64,000 bases of DNA from Amoebidium appalachense (Eukaryota > Protista > Ichthyosporea), in contig CAVNZM010000006.1 of the NCBI GenBank assembly GCA_963693365.1, positions 11,411,355-11,475,354 on the forward strand, written 5' to 3'. Both the position numbers and the translations under genes were made by a program. Positions within the stretch are counted from its first letter, which is position 1. The number at the start of each line of letters is the position of its first letter. The notes under the pieces are model-generated. The model was given only the letters and a program-made list of their open reading frames with translations. It was not told where the DNA came from and searched no databases. Shown one piece after another: positions 1-36,800 of the stretch.

Positions 1-1145
1 TTGCTTTATCCATATAAGGTTAGCTGAACACCCCCCCCTCCAATCATACCCCCCCCTTCTCTCTAGTAGTAGCTCCTGGCATGCCGCACCCCCAATCCAG
101 CCAATCCAGGGGTTTACACACTTTTTCCGGCCGTGGCCCACCCACAGACCGTCCGTGTACACGCACACCACACACGCGTGTTTATACGTGCGTGCGGTGT
201 GTATGAACTGAGTTATGAGGCAGTATTAGCTAGGGCCGGCCTGACCTTTAGTTCAGTAAACCAGCTGAGTTCAATCATGAGCAGGATTAGGAGTGTATTC
301 GGTCAAGTTATCAGTAGTACTTCTGGGGTGGCACAAAACATGCCCACGCAGACGAGGGTCGGAGGTCTTCTTTATTTTTGCTCCAGGCCACAGTGGGTCG
401 ACCTACCATACAGCTGAGTGTGTATGTACACTGGTGCCACGGTTAATATCTTTGGCCGTTTGCGTTAAAAACAAGTACAGCGCTCTGTTTGCTCCTTCTA
501 GCTTTCTGAAAGTCTCTAACCTCCCCCCCCCCTCCCCCCAACCTCCCTGGCCCCCTGGCACCTCTCTGTCGTGCTTCTACACAACAACCTCATTACATAA
601 CAGGGGAAATAACTGGCACAGTCTGCTTTACACCTTGCTCAGGTGGTTCCTAGAGTTGGTTGTGTCTAAGATTACTGAGGTCATACAGGCAAGTGCCTGG
701 TGGACTGCAATAAAGATCAAAGTTTGTAGCGGGGTGAGTTTTCGACTGTTAAAAGGTGAAGACAAAAGTTTGGGAGTTGTGGGAGTATCCCTTCCCCCCC
801 CCCCCCCCCCCCCCCCCAAGGCAGACGCAAGAAAATTGGCTAACAAACAAAAACAGGAAAAAAAACCACGGAAAGAGGAACCAGGGAACGAGAGGGGGGG
901 AGGGGGGGGGTACAAGAAGGAAAAAAACTTGGGCAGGCCTGGGCTGCAGGAGAGGGGGAGGAGGGGGGGGGGGGGGGGGGGGGTTGGGGAGAAAGGAGGG
1001 GAGGGCTGGAGGTATACGGGTGCCCGACCCAACGCTACTTTCTTTCTGCTCTTTCTGAGATATGAACGTTTTTGGTGTATGGGTGGCCAGATTGGTGGCT
1101 AAGTGAATGGTGGTGGTGGTGGTTGGTGTTTTTTTTTTTTTTTTT

Positions 1146-1194
<49 letters not shown>

Positions 1195-1207
1195 GCGGCT
1201 GGGCTGA

Positions 1208-9424
<8,217 letters not shown>

Positions 9425-9984
9425 GTTCACTGTGTTGTGTGGCCGTAGAGAAAGAGGAAGAGATAGCACGCAGAAAGTAAGCTACCCTTTGCTACAGGTA
9501 CTATTTGCCTTGACGAGCTATATGTATGAGCAGGATGTGGGACAACGAGTGACAAGCGGCATGTACAGATATTAGCGAGTCTCTTTGCCTGACAGTGACG
9601 GCCCCTGTTCGATTTTGATTTCGCGCCACTTTTCGCGCCATTATCATCGTTCCAGCCAATGGATCGCACGCAAGAATTTCTGTGATTCCATCTGCGGAAT
9701 CTTGTTGAGTCGGTAAAATGACATGCACACCCCTATAAGATAATCCTTTAGGCCAATAAACCCCCCTTTCGTTTGAGCTTGCATAATGCCCCTCGACATG
9801 TGTCGAGAGCTTTCCTGAATAACGGGCACACTGAATTCACTTCCAAAATGTGCACGTGCCCTGTCTGTCCCTTTCACTGATGCGCCGTAGTAGGAGTCAC
9901 GTTTGTGCGTTTGTGCGTGTTCAACTGCGCGTGTGTGCTCCATAGACACGACAGCACTCCCAGCCCTGTGTGGCGGCAGGCAGG
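9425..9984. promoter_or_regulatory. Bidirectional promoter region with tandem E2F-like sites and CCAAT boxes
   Basis: 560 bp of repeat-poor DNA between divergent ATGs (9424 minus, 9985 plus). TTTCGCGCC occurs at 9619-9627 and 9631-9639, matching the E2F consensus TTTSSCGC. CCAAT occurs at 9656 and about 9753. Confidence 0.55.
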
Positions 9985-25819
<15,835 letters not shown>

Positions 25820-26121
25820 CCGTGTGTTTTAATTGTGGTTGTCGTGAGCGGGTGGAATAGGGATGGCATATGAACGAATGACGTATGGTGCACACAGCAT
25901 GCAGGATTTTTGTGTTATTTTAGATAGGTACCCCCCCCCTGGTGGGGGATAGCTGCCCAGGCCCGGCAGCACAGAGACTGCGAATGAATGGCCACGTGCA
26001 CACAGTGTCTGCACGTGCGCATGCCATGGCTGCAGGGTGCTGGTGCCCCTGCACCACATGTGCCCACACTACCCTATTGAGCTTGTGTCCCCCCGGGCAG
26101 TACCCACCCCCCCTTCCCCCT

Positions 26122-26228
<107 letters not shown>

Positions 26229-27229
26229 ACCACTCACCACCACTCACCACCACTCACCACCACTCACCACCATCACCACCACCACCACCAGTATAGCAAA
26301 GCGTGAGCTCACTGAGTCACCCCTCCTTCTGCCATCAAGCCTTTCAACGTACACTGCTTCTGCCTGTGGGATCTGCTTTTGATATCAGGGGCAGGAGTAT
26401 TTGCCTGCTCTTCGCTGATTGATGATCAGGACGCGACCGGCAGGTAGCCCGTAAGTTACGAAGCATTTTGGGTGGGGGGGGGGGAGGGTAATAGAGTTGG
26501 TAATTTCACAGGTAAATGGATTGAAACCGGTTGTATTAAAACCATTATGGACCGCCATGCCACCAACGGCATCGTATCCCCTACCCACCACTGTCGACGT
26601 CTCCGGAAAAGACCCCAACTTGAATGGATTTACTCCAGCTCAACGACTGCTGGGTGCCCCAGCCCCCCCGGGGAGAGGAGGGGGGGAGCGGGCCGACTGC
26701 CACGGTTACAGTTGATAATCCCAGGCAAATGCATTTGTGCCCATCAACACGCAGCCCACGTGTAGGCCCTCTTCAGGGCCTCTTGCCGTAGTACTAGTAG
26801 ACTTGAATGATCGGTGCCGGCAACTGTGCATGCAGGGAGCGTAGCTGGCGGTTGTTCATGCTCTATCTATCTATGACTGCATGTGCACTACGTGTGGTCA
26901 GCAGCACCTCCAGAGCAACCGTAGGCTATTAGTAGACTCTTGCCAATCATGGTGCATGGCATACGCAACACGTGGCTGCCGTCGCAGTGATTAGTCTATT
27001 GTCATGCAGTCACGCTCTGCACAATTCAGCATGGTCACTAATGCTGTGCAACACAAGTACAGCCCAAAGGGGAGTCTTGAATTTTGGTGGGGGAGGAGAG
27101 GGGGGGGCCCTGGGGGGGGGGGAGGTGGGATTTCATCTGTAGTATGATCATGTGACATATCATGCATTTGGGGCACATGGTATGTTTCCGGGGAGCGGCC
27201 AATAAAGTGCAATGATCCCCGGGAGGTGG

Positions 27230-28500
27230 CGATGGGGGGAGGGGGGGAGGCCCACTTCCTCCACCGGACGGGTGGCCCAGGGGGCCCCATCCCCAAGGTA
27301 GCCGCAGGGGTGGGTGCCCCCCTCCTCCCCCCCCCCCCCCCCCCCTCCCCCCCCCCCCCCCGGGCCCCCTCCCCTCCGATCCCCCTGCCCTCCCAATCTC
27401 CCCCCCGGACCCACCTGGGCCGGTGCGGTGCCGGTGGTGGTTCCAATTACCCCCCCTCTAGATCTCAACCCCCTCCCCCCCGCCCCCCCACCCACCCCTC
27501 CCCCCACACCCCCTGGGACCAGTGATCGCCAAACATCTCTTTTCCACTTTTCCACCCACCAACCCTTTTTAAGTTTAGGGCTGTATTCTTTATGGCCAAC
27601 TATTACTGAGCTATAATTAGTGGGGGCAACGGTATTGTGCTCAGCATGCAATGCAGTGTTCGTGTGCGTGTCTGCGTGCCGGGCAATGTATGTGTGTGTA
27701 CATGTGTGGGTGAGTGCAGTATCTGCACGTTCATGTCGGGCGGGCATCGCTGGTACATATGCACCTCGTGTGTATATGGTACATGTGTCTGTAGGTGCGT
27801 GTGAATTCGCTCGAATTACATCCGTGTGAAACGTTTGTGCGCGTGTACGCGCGTGCCATGTGGTGGCCCAGGAGAGACTGGAGACGAGACTCAGTTCCGT
27901 CCATGCCCGCGACTGCTGTGAGGTGGGGAAGGAGGGGGGGGGGGGGCGGGGGGCTCGAACATGACTGTACGCCTGTGATCAAGGACTCCTATTAGTCAGA
28001 TTCAATGTTTACTACGTTTTGGGGATGCCATAGTATGTAGACCGCTGCTAAATCATAGTATTAGGGATTCTTGATTTTGAAACGGGGAGGGGGGTAGTGG
28101 TAACGTTGGGGGGGGGGGGGGGGGGGGGGGGGGGGACCCACCCCCCCTTTGGACAGGTGGGTCCCCCTCCCCCCAGAGGGGGGGGGGGGGACCCACCCAC
28201 CCGATAGGCTGACATCATGTGAAAGTTCAAAAATATTATATCAGATAACCTGTTCACATAATAGTTCTATAATCAGTAGCAGTTTACATACAATGCCAAA
28301 GTGTAAACATTGAGGCTGACTAATAGGATTGCTTGGTCACTTGCAACTCAGGCTATATGCCATACGGTCATAATCCCTCCCCGTCCCCCCCCCCCCTCCC
28401 CCCCCCCCCCCCCCCCCCCCCCCCCGGGGGCACGAACGCGGGTGGGAAGAGTATGTGTGTGTGCACGTGTGCGTGTGTCACGGTGTGTGTGTGCGTGTGA

Positions 28501-28532
<32 letters not shown>

Positions 28533-28537
28533 GTGTT

Positions 28538-28568
<31 letters not shown>

Positions 28569-28784
28569 GACACTGTGTGTGCGTGGCTGTGGGTGTGCGT
28601 GTGCGTGTGTGCGTGTGTGTACGGGTGCGCGCGCGCGCGCGCGTGTGTGCGCGTGTATGCGCGCACACGTTCCTGTCTGCGCGCGCGCGTGTGTGTGTGT
28701 GTGTGTGTGTGTCGCGCGTATGTGTGTGTGTGTGTGCGCGCACGCCCGTGCGCGCGCGTGTGTGTGTGACACTGTGTGTGTACA

Positions 28785-28822
<38 letters not shown>

Positions 28823-29400
28823 GCCGCCCATGCGCGCGTGTGTGTGTGTGCATGTATGGGTACGCGCGCGCGTGTGTGAGGTGCGTGTGTGTGTGTGCAC
28901 GTGAGTGTGTGTGTGTGTATGGGGGGGGGGGGGGGGGAGGAGGAGGGGGATATGCATCAGTGGCCAAAGCGAATACCGTCTTTGGTGGGCGGAAACGTCG
29001 GAGACTCTTTAATACCATAATCACGCGCATGCAGGGGGGGGGGGGGGGGAGGGAGGGGGACCCACCCACCGCTGCGGCTACCTGGGGAAGGGGGTGGGGG
29101 GGGACTGGTGGGTCCCCCCCCCCCTCGAAAAGGGGGGAGGGGGGTACCACCATGGGGGACGTCGATATTTACTACTCTCCCCCCCCCCCATTTCAAATTC
29201 AAAACTCCCTTATTATAGTCAAGGCTCAACCACATCAGTAAGTCAACTTGCTCCGAGCAGAATTATTCTGCAACAAGCACAACTAGACACAGATACGCAC
29301 ACGAACTCTGCATGGTTAGCACAATAAACTTGCCCCCGATAATTCATTATTTGGAAATAGTCGACTCACCGTTGGCAATGCATGTGTGTGTGTGTGTGTA

Positions 29401-29438
<38 letters not shown>

Positions 29439-29825
29439 TATGTGTGTGTGTATGTGTGTGTGAGTGTGTGTGACGGTGTGTTGTGGTTGTGTGTGTCTGC
29501 GTGCGCATGTGCACGTGCATTCACTTGTGTCTATAGGGAGGGGAGGGAGGGGGGGTGGAGGTGGGGGGGAGGTGAGTGAGGCGGGAGGGGCCGGGGGAAG
29601 GGGTCGTTTAACATAAAATGTATACCTAGGGTGAGGGAAGGAGGGGGGGGGGGGGAGGCCTGTGAGTGAGGTGGAAGGGGCTGGGGGGGGGGGGGGGGGT
29701 CGTTAGAAACTGTTAATATGGAACATAGCACACATTTGCCATGCGCGGACAACACAAAGCAGACCTTGCAAAAACACAATGAATATGCATCCGGCAGAAG
29801 AAGAGCACCAGCAGGAAGGGGTGGG

Positions 29826-29881
<56 letters not shown>

Positions 29882-31172
29882 CCGCGCATGTGTGTGGTGC
29901 GTGTGTGTATGTGGAGGGGGGGCAGGGGGGGGAGGGGGGCGGATATGCATCAGTGGCCAAAACGGAAGGGGCCCTCCAAAAAAAAGAAAAAAAAAGGTAA
30001 TGAATACATGTACAACTTTGGTGGGTGGAAAAGAGACCCTGATCATTTTTTTATTTTTTTATTTTTTATTTTATCACGGTTTGTTCCCGGAGGGCCTTTT
30101 CAGGCCCTCTAGGGAAACTACCGTCTACCACACAGCACCGACAGTACACTAGTTAAGGTGCTATCTATGAGTTCAGCTATGCTAAACCATCCTTCACAAC
30201 CTAACTATAAGTACACACTTTGCCCAGGGCTACTACCCCAGCCACGCCGGCAGGAGGCTCCAGTCCTCCCCTCCATTCAAAACCTAGCAATAAACGTTAA
30301 CCGAGGGCTCTCATTGGTCGATCTACAGTATTGGGAAGTCCTACGTGTTGTGTATAGTATTTACGGTGGGTATGGGTGGATGATGGGGTGTGGTGGTGGT
30401 GGGGGGGGAGGGGGTTGCTGCCTAACATTATGTGTTGTTGTACGTATGTGGTGGCGATGTTTTTGTGGACTAAAAGGTGGGTTTTACAGGGCACACTGGG
30501 TCTGTGTGTGTTCCGGCAGTCAGACCAGGCTGGCCGGGTGTGTGTGGGGGGTGTATTTGTTGGTGTCTTGGGTTTTTGGGGGAGCCATACTTTTCTTTCT
30601 ACAGGTGGTGGGTATATGGTAGTGTTTTTGCATTTTGGGGTGGGTGGGGGGGAGTGTTGTGTTCCGTGGGTGCCAAATTTTTGAAAAGAAAAAGGACTGA
30701 AACTCTACTGTGATTTTTCCTAAGATGGCCCGGGTGGTGGTCTTGGTGGTGCCGGTGGCTGCAAGTAGTGGGCCCACCGATCGTGGGCATAATCCCCGTT
30801 CGACCCGCTTGATGTCTTCGGGGTCTGGTGGGCCACCGATGCCTCCTATCCAGTTTATCCATGCACATTGGTCTACCACCGTGGCTGCCGTATGGTGGTT
30901 TGGATGACGAGTGTGCAGGACGTTGTGGATGCAGGCTGTGATGGCTGTGGTCAGGGTGGGGACCTCCCCGGCATGGGCCGGGCAGGCCCAGAGGTGGGTG
31001 GTGGTCTCAGGGTGCTGACTGCACCGGGGGCATGTGGGCTGTGTAACGACGGTGGGGTGATCTCGGTGTAGCCGTGCCATGGTAGGCAGGGTGCCCATGG
31101 CCAGGGACAGGCTACGAATGTTGCCTCTGAAAAAGAGACCCTGATCATGATCCCGCGCATGGAGAAGGGGGT

Positions 31173-31214
<42 letters not shown>

Positions 31215-31320
31215 AACCACCCCACTCACCCAGTTGGGTTCCTCCCCCGAGGGGAAGGGATCACCCACTACTACTCCCATCCCCATCTCAATATCAAGAA
31301 TCCCTTGTTGTGTTTCTGAC
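27230..31320. repeat. Cluster of four diverged copies of a G/C-run-rich repeat (about 27230-27340 minus, about 28050-28210 minus, about 28950-29220 plus, about 29943-31320 plus and split by a LINE)
   Basis: Shared blocks: TATGCATCAGTGGCCAAA (28951, 29945); ACCCACCC..CTGCGGCTACCT (about 29060, and reverse complement at about 27300); TCAA.ATCAAGAATCCCT-like (about 29192, about 31288, reverse complement at about 28065). Confidence 0.7.
30047..31130 (-). mobile_element. 5'-truncated non-LTR retrotransposon (L1/Tx1-like ORF2 C-terminus plus 3' UTR)
   Basis: 18-bp TSD AAAAGAGACCCTGATCAT at 30029-30046 and 31131-31148. An A-rich (TAAAAAA)n tail lies on the minus strand at 30047-30073. The ORF contains LPT...CPRCSQHPETTTHLWACP (zf-RVT-type CCHC) and IWHPRN. 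Confidence 0.9.
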
Positions 31321-32418
31321 GGAAGGCTTACTACACGCGGGCACGCCTCTATGAGCGGTGCTAAACGCCGTGCAGCCGCTCGGACGTGTACGTGAATGAA
31401 TGGCCGCCCAGTATCATGGCCCACACAGGTTTTGCCCCACAGGATCCATAAATAGCTAGCCGCTCTCAGTTTGTAACAGTAGTAACTGGTCCTTACTACT
31501 GTTTAAATGCATGTGGCACACAGCACCTCCCACGCAGTCCTACATATGCATGTCCAGCCTGCTGCATACAATACATGAAGTTTGCGTATTGCTGCCTAAT
31601 CTCTTATTTACATACGCGAGTGCATGCACAACTGAACCAGAATTTGTATCAAGGGCACCGTTGCGCACACAGCTGCACTACACTATACACAATGCGTGTG
31701 TTGCCGGCCACAGACTTTGCACATGTTCACGTGAATCCATGGGGGTAAGAATGGGGGTGTGCATGCACGTGAATGTCAGTATACGCTAAGGCTCCCTGCG
31801 CCGCAATTTGAAACTCAGACTTCCGTAGAAAATGAGGATTGCGGCTTTCTATTACAGCACTCTGGCAGCACGCAACTGGTCGTACCAAGAGAGTGCTGAT
31901 ATGCATATCGCCGTCAGCAAGCACAGCTAGGTGCAACCAGCTTCATTAATACTGCAAACACAACGTGATTGCGATATTGGTCACCAAAAGGAGTCTCTGC
32001 GGTACCTATGTAACTAACCGTGCGCGTGCCACAATTCTCACATAAATAGTTATTAGGATACATGTGAAAAAGCTGTTGCTCACAGCACTACCCGGCTTAT
32101 AGCTACGCCATGCCGCTGAACCTGTGATTCCATATTCCATATTCCGTGAACTGGAACATGCATGTGAGCTGAGGTAGCGAAGGAGACCGAGTCATGATCA
32201 TGATCAACCCTCTGTGTCTCTTATCAAGGTACTATTACTACAGGACACCTGCTCAGCAGACGCACACGCACGCACAGGTGCACACCGGCACACACGCCCG
32301 CTCAGTACGCAGCCCGGCGTTTACAACCCCCTCGGGCCCCCTTCTCTCTCGCCCTCCTCCCCCACTAGTACTGCAGCTGGCACCCTGTCACGGACACACG
32401 CATACACGGAAGCTCAGT

Positions 32419-32992
32419 GGGTGCGGTCGCACTGGTATCGTCGAAACGACGAATTCCCTTATATGGACTATTCGGTGAGCCATCAACTATCGACGTTTCG
32501 ACGATCGGGGTTCGCACTAAAACGCTCAAACGACGAAAAACCCAAATATGGTTAATTATTTCGACGCTCGATCGTCGGCCATTAGAGCAAACCAACGGCC
32601 GCTCAAAGGGTCGGATTGAAATTCAACGATTAGTGCAAAAACGTATCTCCCCGCACGCAACAGATTACAGTCATTTACGCAAGCATTGCAGATCAAAGGA
32701 AGCCACGCAAGGGTACTATATAAGCACCCATAAAACACCACAAGCGACAAAAAAAATTTAAAGGGTGGGAAACATTTTCTATATATAAAGGGTAAAACAT
32801 CTTATATATGTTTATATATGAATAGAGAAGGAAAAAGAGGAAGAGCGCCAAGTGCCGACCTTCAGTAGTCCTAATCGCCGACCGACGATCGACGATCTCC
32901 CCAGTGCGAACATCCGGTTGGTTTTCCGGCGTCGGTCGTCAGATCGATGGACCGACGATCGTCGTAACGACGATTCCAGCGCGACCGCACCC
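32419..32992. mobile_element. MITE (574 bp) with imperfect TIRs of about 34 bp, GGG...CCC ends and a 3-bp TSD (PIF/Harbinger-like)
   Basis: Left end GGGTGCGGTCGCACTGGTATCGTCGAAACGACGA; reverse complement of the right end GGGTGCGGTCGCGCTGGAATCGTCGTTACGACGA. AGT lies on both flanks (32416-32418, 32993-32995). Subterminal CGACGATCG repeats and an AT-rich core are present. Confidence 0.85.
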
Positions 32993-35900
32993 AGTGTGCC
33001 ACTATTTGTACAAGATCCGATGCCTGAACATCACAACGTGTCGCCCCGAATGCCGGGCGGCGCCGGGCGGCCTCTGAATGGCTCAGAAGTGAGCCGTTGT
33101 TGGCCAATCGACAGTTGCCTGATACAATCCTTCACGTGTGGCTTCGTGGCTTCCTGATTTATAAATCAGTAAAATTAAGTAAGTGTTTTAAGAGATCGCT
33201 TAAATTTGAACACCAATCATTATTGAATTTAATTTCTTCGTTTAATCTACATTAAAAGATGCTTTTGGCTGCGTCCGCTGTAGTGTGACTTCACGTAGAC
33301 AATAAACATAACAGGATGGGAGTCGAGTGTCGAATTACAAACCAATGCATATGTATTTGATATAAGCAGAATTATTTGTAAAAGCCACACATCTACAAAA
33401 ATTATTCGAAACAAGAACTCCTCTAATCTCTATCATGTTGCTGTACCGTGTAAGCTGCGTCTTAATTGGTCTGAGGTTTGAACCAATGAAGTATTAGATA
33501 GAAAAGCAAGCTTACAAAGCTATGATATATATTCATTAGCGCTGGCGGGAAACGAGATGACTCAATACAGTAGCAGGTTTATATCACTAGAAAAACTTGA
33601 GTTTGCTAAATTTTCTAGTAAAATGCAATTAATTGAGTATTTTTTTAATTATTTTAGATTTTTTTTCACAGCTTAAGGTACTGATTTACAGGTACATGTG
33701 GCCCCCTTATAACAGCATTAGTGACTTTCAATTGACAAGCTCGCCAATAAAGACGCTTCAAGGTGCTCTCAGCTCTTGCCGGATAGACTTGTGGACAAAC
33801 CTGGCTTTCAGTTGGTTCACTGTGGTGTTACCAAAAAGCATTTACATAGATGGTGATTATAAAATGAAGAAACGTGGTTTACAATAATATGTATTCGAGC
33901 AAAAAATATTTCCTGCAAATGGAGTCCCAGTCTGCGGATTGGTGGCGATCTGCCCCGCTTGGGACACTTACAACCATGATGCGCATCACATGCGCATCCA
34001 TGTCATTTGGCCATAAACATTGTTCGACAACACATTTTGATTGGTGTTTTATCAGGATGCCATAATACCGGCTAGTCATCCATCCTCAGGATCACATGAA
34101 TAGGGTTCGCTGGTATAAAGATCCTCCACGGCAGTTGTGTTTTGTCTATGCTTGTTCCGGGACTGAACAAACTCCTTTTTCCTTTGTTGACTAAGTAAAC
34201 AGGTTCCGTGTTGCCCTCGGCCTCTGCGCGCCCTTGACCCTTCACCACCTATAGTATTATAACCTGCGCGCTTGTCACGGTGACGGAGTGAGTGTATAGC
34301 CGCTCAACATGGGAAACACCAACGGAGTTGAACAGCGTGTGCGGCAGTCTGTGTCCCTTGGGTCAGTCGAGCAGGTGCTGTGCGACAGTGGCCCCACGTA
34401 CACGCTGGATGCCGTGCGCGGCGCTGCCTTTCGACACAAGAGGCTGCTTGCGGCCGGCTGTCTGGACACGCGCGATCTGACGGACATATTTGCTGCCGAG
34501 CGCGAGCCCGAGGGCCAGTTTGTCTACTACGCAGATCGTGCAGCTTTGCCTGTGTCTGGGCCGGCAACATCCTGATCTTGTCCTGCTGGAAGCACGGGCA
34601 CGGTGCAACACAACACCAGATGCGGTGTTTTACCACCATTAGGAGGGGTTAAAGAGAACATCAGTATGAATGAAGGCTAGATATTTTACTGGCTGCAAGC
34701 TTTTAGCAGCACACAGCACGACAGAGCCATAACATTATGCGCGAAGTAGTCTAATATAATAGTGTATAGAATACGCAAAGGTGCTCTAACGTTAACGGAG
34801 AATCCGTGGTTGTGCGTGTACCAACGTCCTGCTGAGGGCCATGTCAAACCAGATAGAGTAAGAAGGGTGTGCCTAAGCCTTTCCCGTGCCACAATAAAGC
34901 CGCAGCGTTGGCGCTGTCGTGGTCCTTGTCAAGACTTCTTGTCCGGTTCTACTTTGGGGCCTAATGTCCGATGGCACTTGTTTTTCCTGTGTACCTACTG
35001 CTAACTAGAAAAATAAACTGGCTGTCCCGGGAAAGCAAAGCCACCCCTATTTAAAGCCATTGGGTTTTCAACCCCATGGGGTTTTAAATGAATGCACTCT
35101 TCCGGTTTAGCATTCTATTGGAATGGTTTTTTTCCTATTGCCTACTCAGCAGCCCACAGCTTCACACTGAGACACACCCCCCCCCCCCAAAAAAAAAATA
35201 AAAATAAATAAAAATTGACGGGCAGCAGCTAATCACCGGGCGTTCATTTTGCCTGCCGTTTCACGCTGCTCTTTTGCACTGCAAGTTGGCCACAGTGTGC
35301 TGCTGAGTTTGGCCACAGCCCCAAGAGGAGGGCTGCACACACCAGCCTGTTATACACACAACGGACAGGAGACTCGCATTGCGTACCCAAGAGCCAGCAT
35401 ATGGCCTGGATTTCGATCACGTTTGAGTAACAGCCTACTACTTCTACACTGTAGCCCGTCATAGTAATCTAGAAGCCCATGTTCAGTTGATGTGCATAGG
35501 CTCATGATAATCATAGCGTAGCACTTACTTTCTTGAGGGCGGATTCAACTCCCCGAGGCACGGTTCTGTGCCTCTCCCGCCCTTCTAAGGTCCACCAGAG
35601 TACGTTTGTTGGTATGGCAGCTGAAGTGTTGTAAGACCTGCTGATTTTCGGTCCTTGATGTTGGATCCTTGCTGCCCCCGGCTGGTTTTACGTACTGATC
35701 TTGCAAGCACTACTGTAGTTAGTCACGGAGCCTGGCCCATGTACGTGCCAAAGTATACGCTGCCTCTTAGGCTGGGATGCCATGACAGTTTTTTCCTAAA
35801 GAGTTAAGCAGGACCCGGGGGGGCACCCCACCTCCTCCTTAATTTGGAAATTCACACAGTTAGTAATCGAAATCCTTTTTTTGCAAGACTGAGGCCGGCG

Positions 35901-36048
35901 CACGACCATCTAGAAACACCTAGATGGCCGTGGGCCGGCGGAATGGTTACACACCAGTCTTACTGACCAAACCCAAATAAGGCTCACAAACCTTATCGAT
36001 CTTCATAGATTATTCCTCCTTTTCGTTTTCACTCCCCCCTGCCCCCCC

Positions 36049-36079
<31 letters not shown>

Positions 36080-36574
36080 AGGGCAGCATGTTAGATCCGG
36101 ATGTCTACAAAAGAAGCTCTGCCAACAAGCTGGCAAACTTCGAAGAGTTCAAAGGAGCAACACCCACTGTGCAGGGAGTGCTAATTGCAATGGCTGAAAA
36201 TAAACTCACTGAAGTGCTCAGGCAAAAAGGAAAGCAAGCCAGGTATTTTGCACATGCACTCACGCAGGTGTGGGTACTTGTTGGCTCCCTCTCTGGTGTA
36301 CTCAAGTGGAAAGGCCGCAAAGCAGGTTTATTGCTTTTGCAGAGACAAGTCTTAGGCCAAGCCCAGATCACAGTCATACATAGCTTGCGCACCATAAAGC
36401 CGCAATAACCTGACGCACAAAGCCTTTGAACCGTTCCGCTAAGCAAAACGAATAAGCTTGTAACCAACGAGGGCACATGAAGCCTGGCAAAATACTGTGG
36501 GAGCCAAAGGGAATGGCAACACGGAGACAAGGGGCAGTAGCTGTAGAAAGGAACAGAACAGAAAATGAGCACAG

Positions 36575-36800
36575 CCCTAGCCCCATTCCCACAAGTGATA
36601 GAGTGAGGGCCGTATCCCCATACCCCAAGTGATAGAGTGAGGGCCGTATCCCCATACCCCAAGTGATAGAGTGAGGGCCGTATCCCCATACCCCAAGTGA
36701 TAGAGTGAGGGCTAGCCCCATACCCCTAGGTGAGCGAGGTCTAATAGCACCATACCCCTAAGTGAGAGAGGTTTCACAGCCCTATACCCCTCAGGTAAGA
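36575..36800. repeat. 34-bp tandem repeat (CCCCATACCCCAAGTGATAGAGTGAGGGCCGTAT), about 4 good and 2-3 degenerate copies
   Basis: Directly visible, with no unique spacers. Confidence 0.9.

Noticed and set aside
36088-36408. 106-aa ORF following a C run and CAG
   Set aside because: No recognisable motif and no partner exons; I cannot support it as a gene.
36575-36800. CRISPR-like 34-bp repeats
   Set aside because: No spacers; an ordinary minisatellite.
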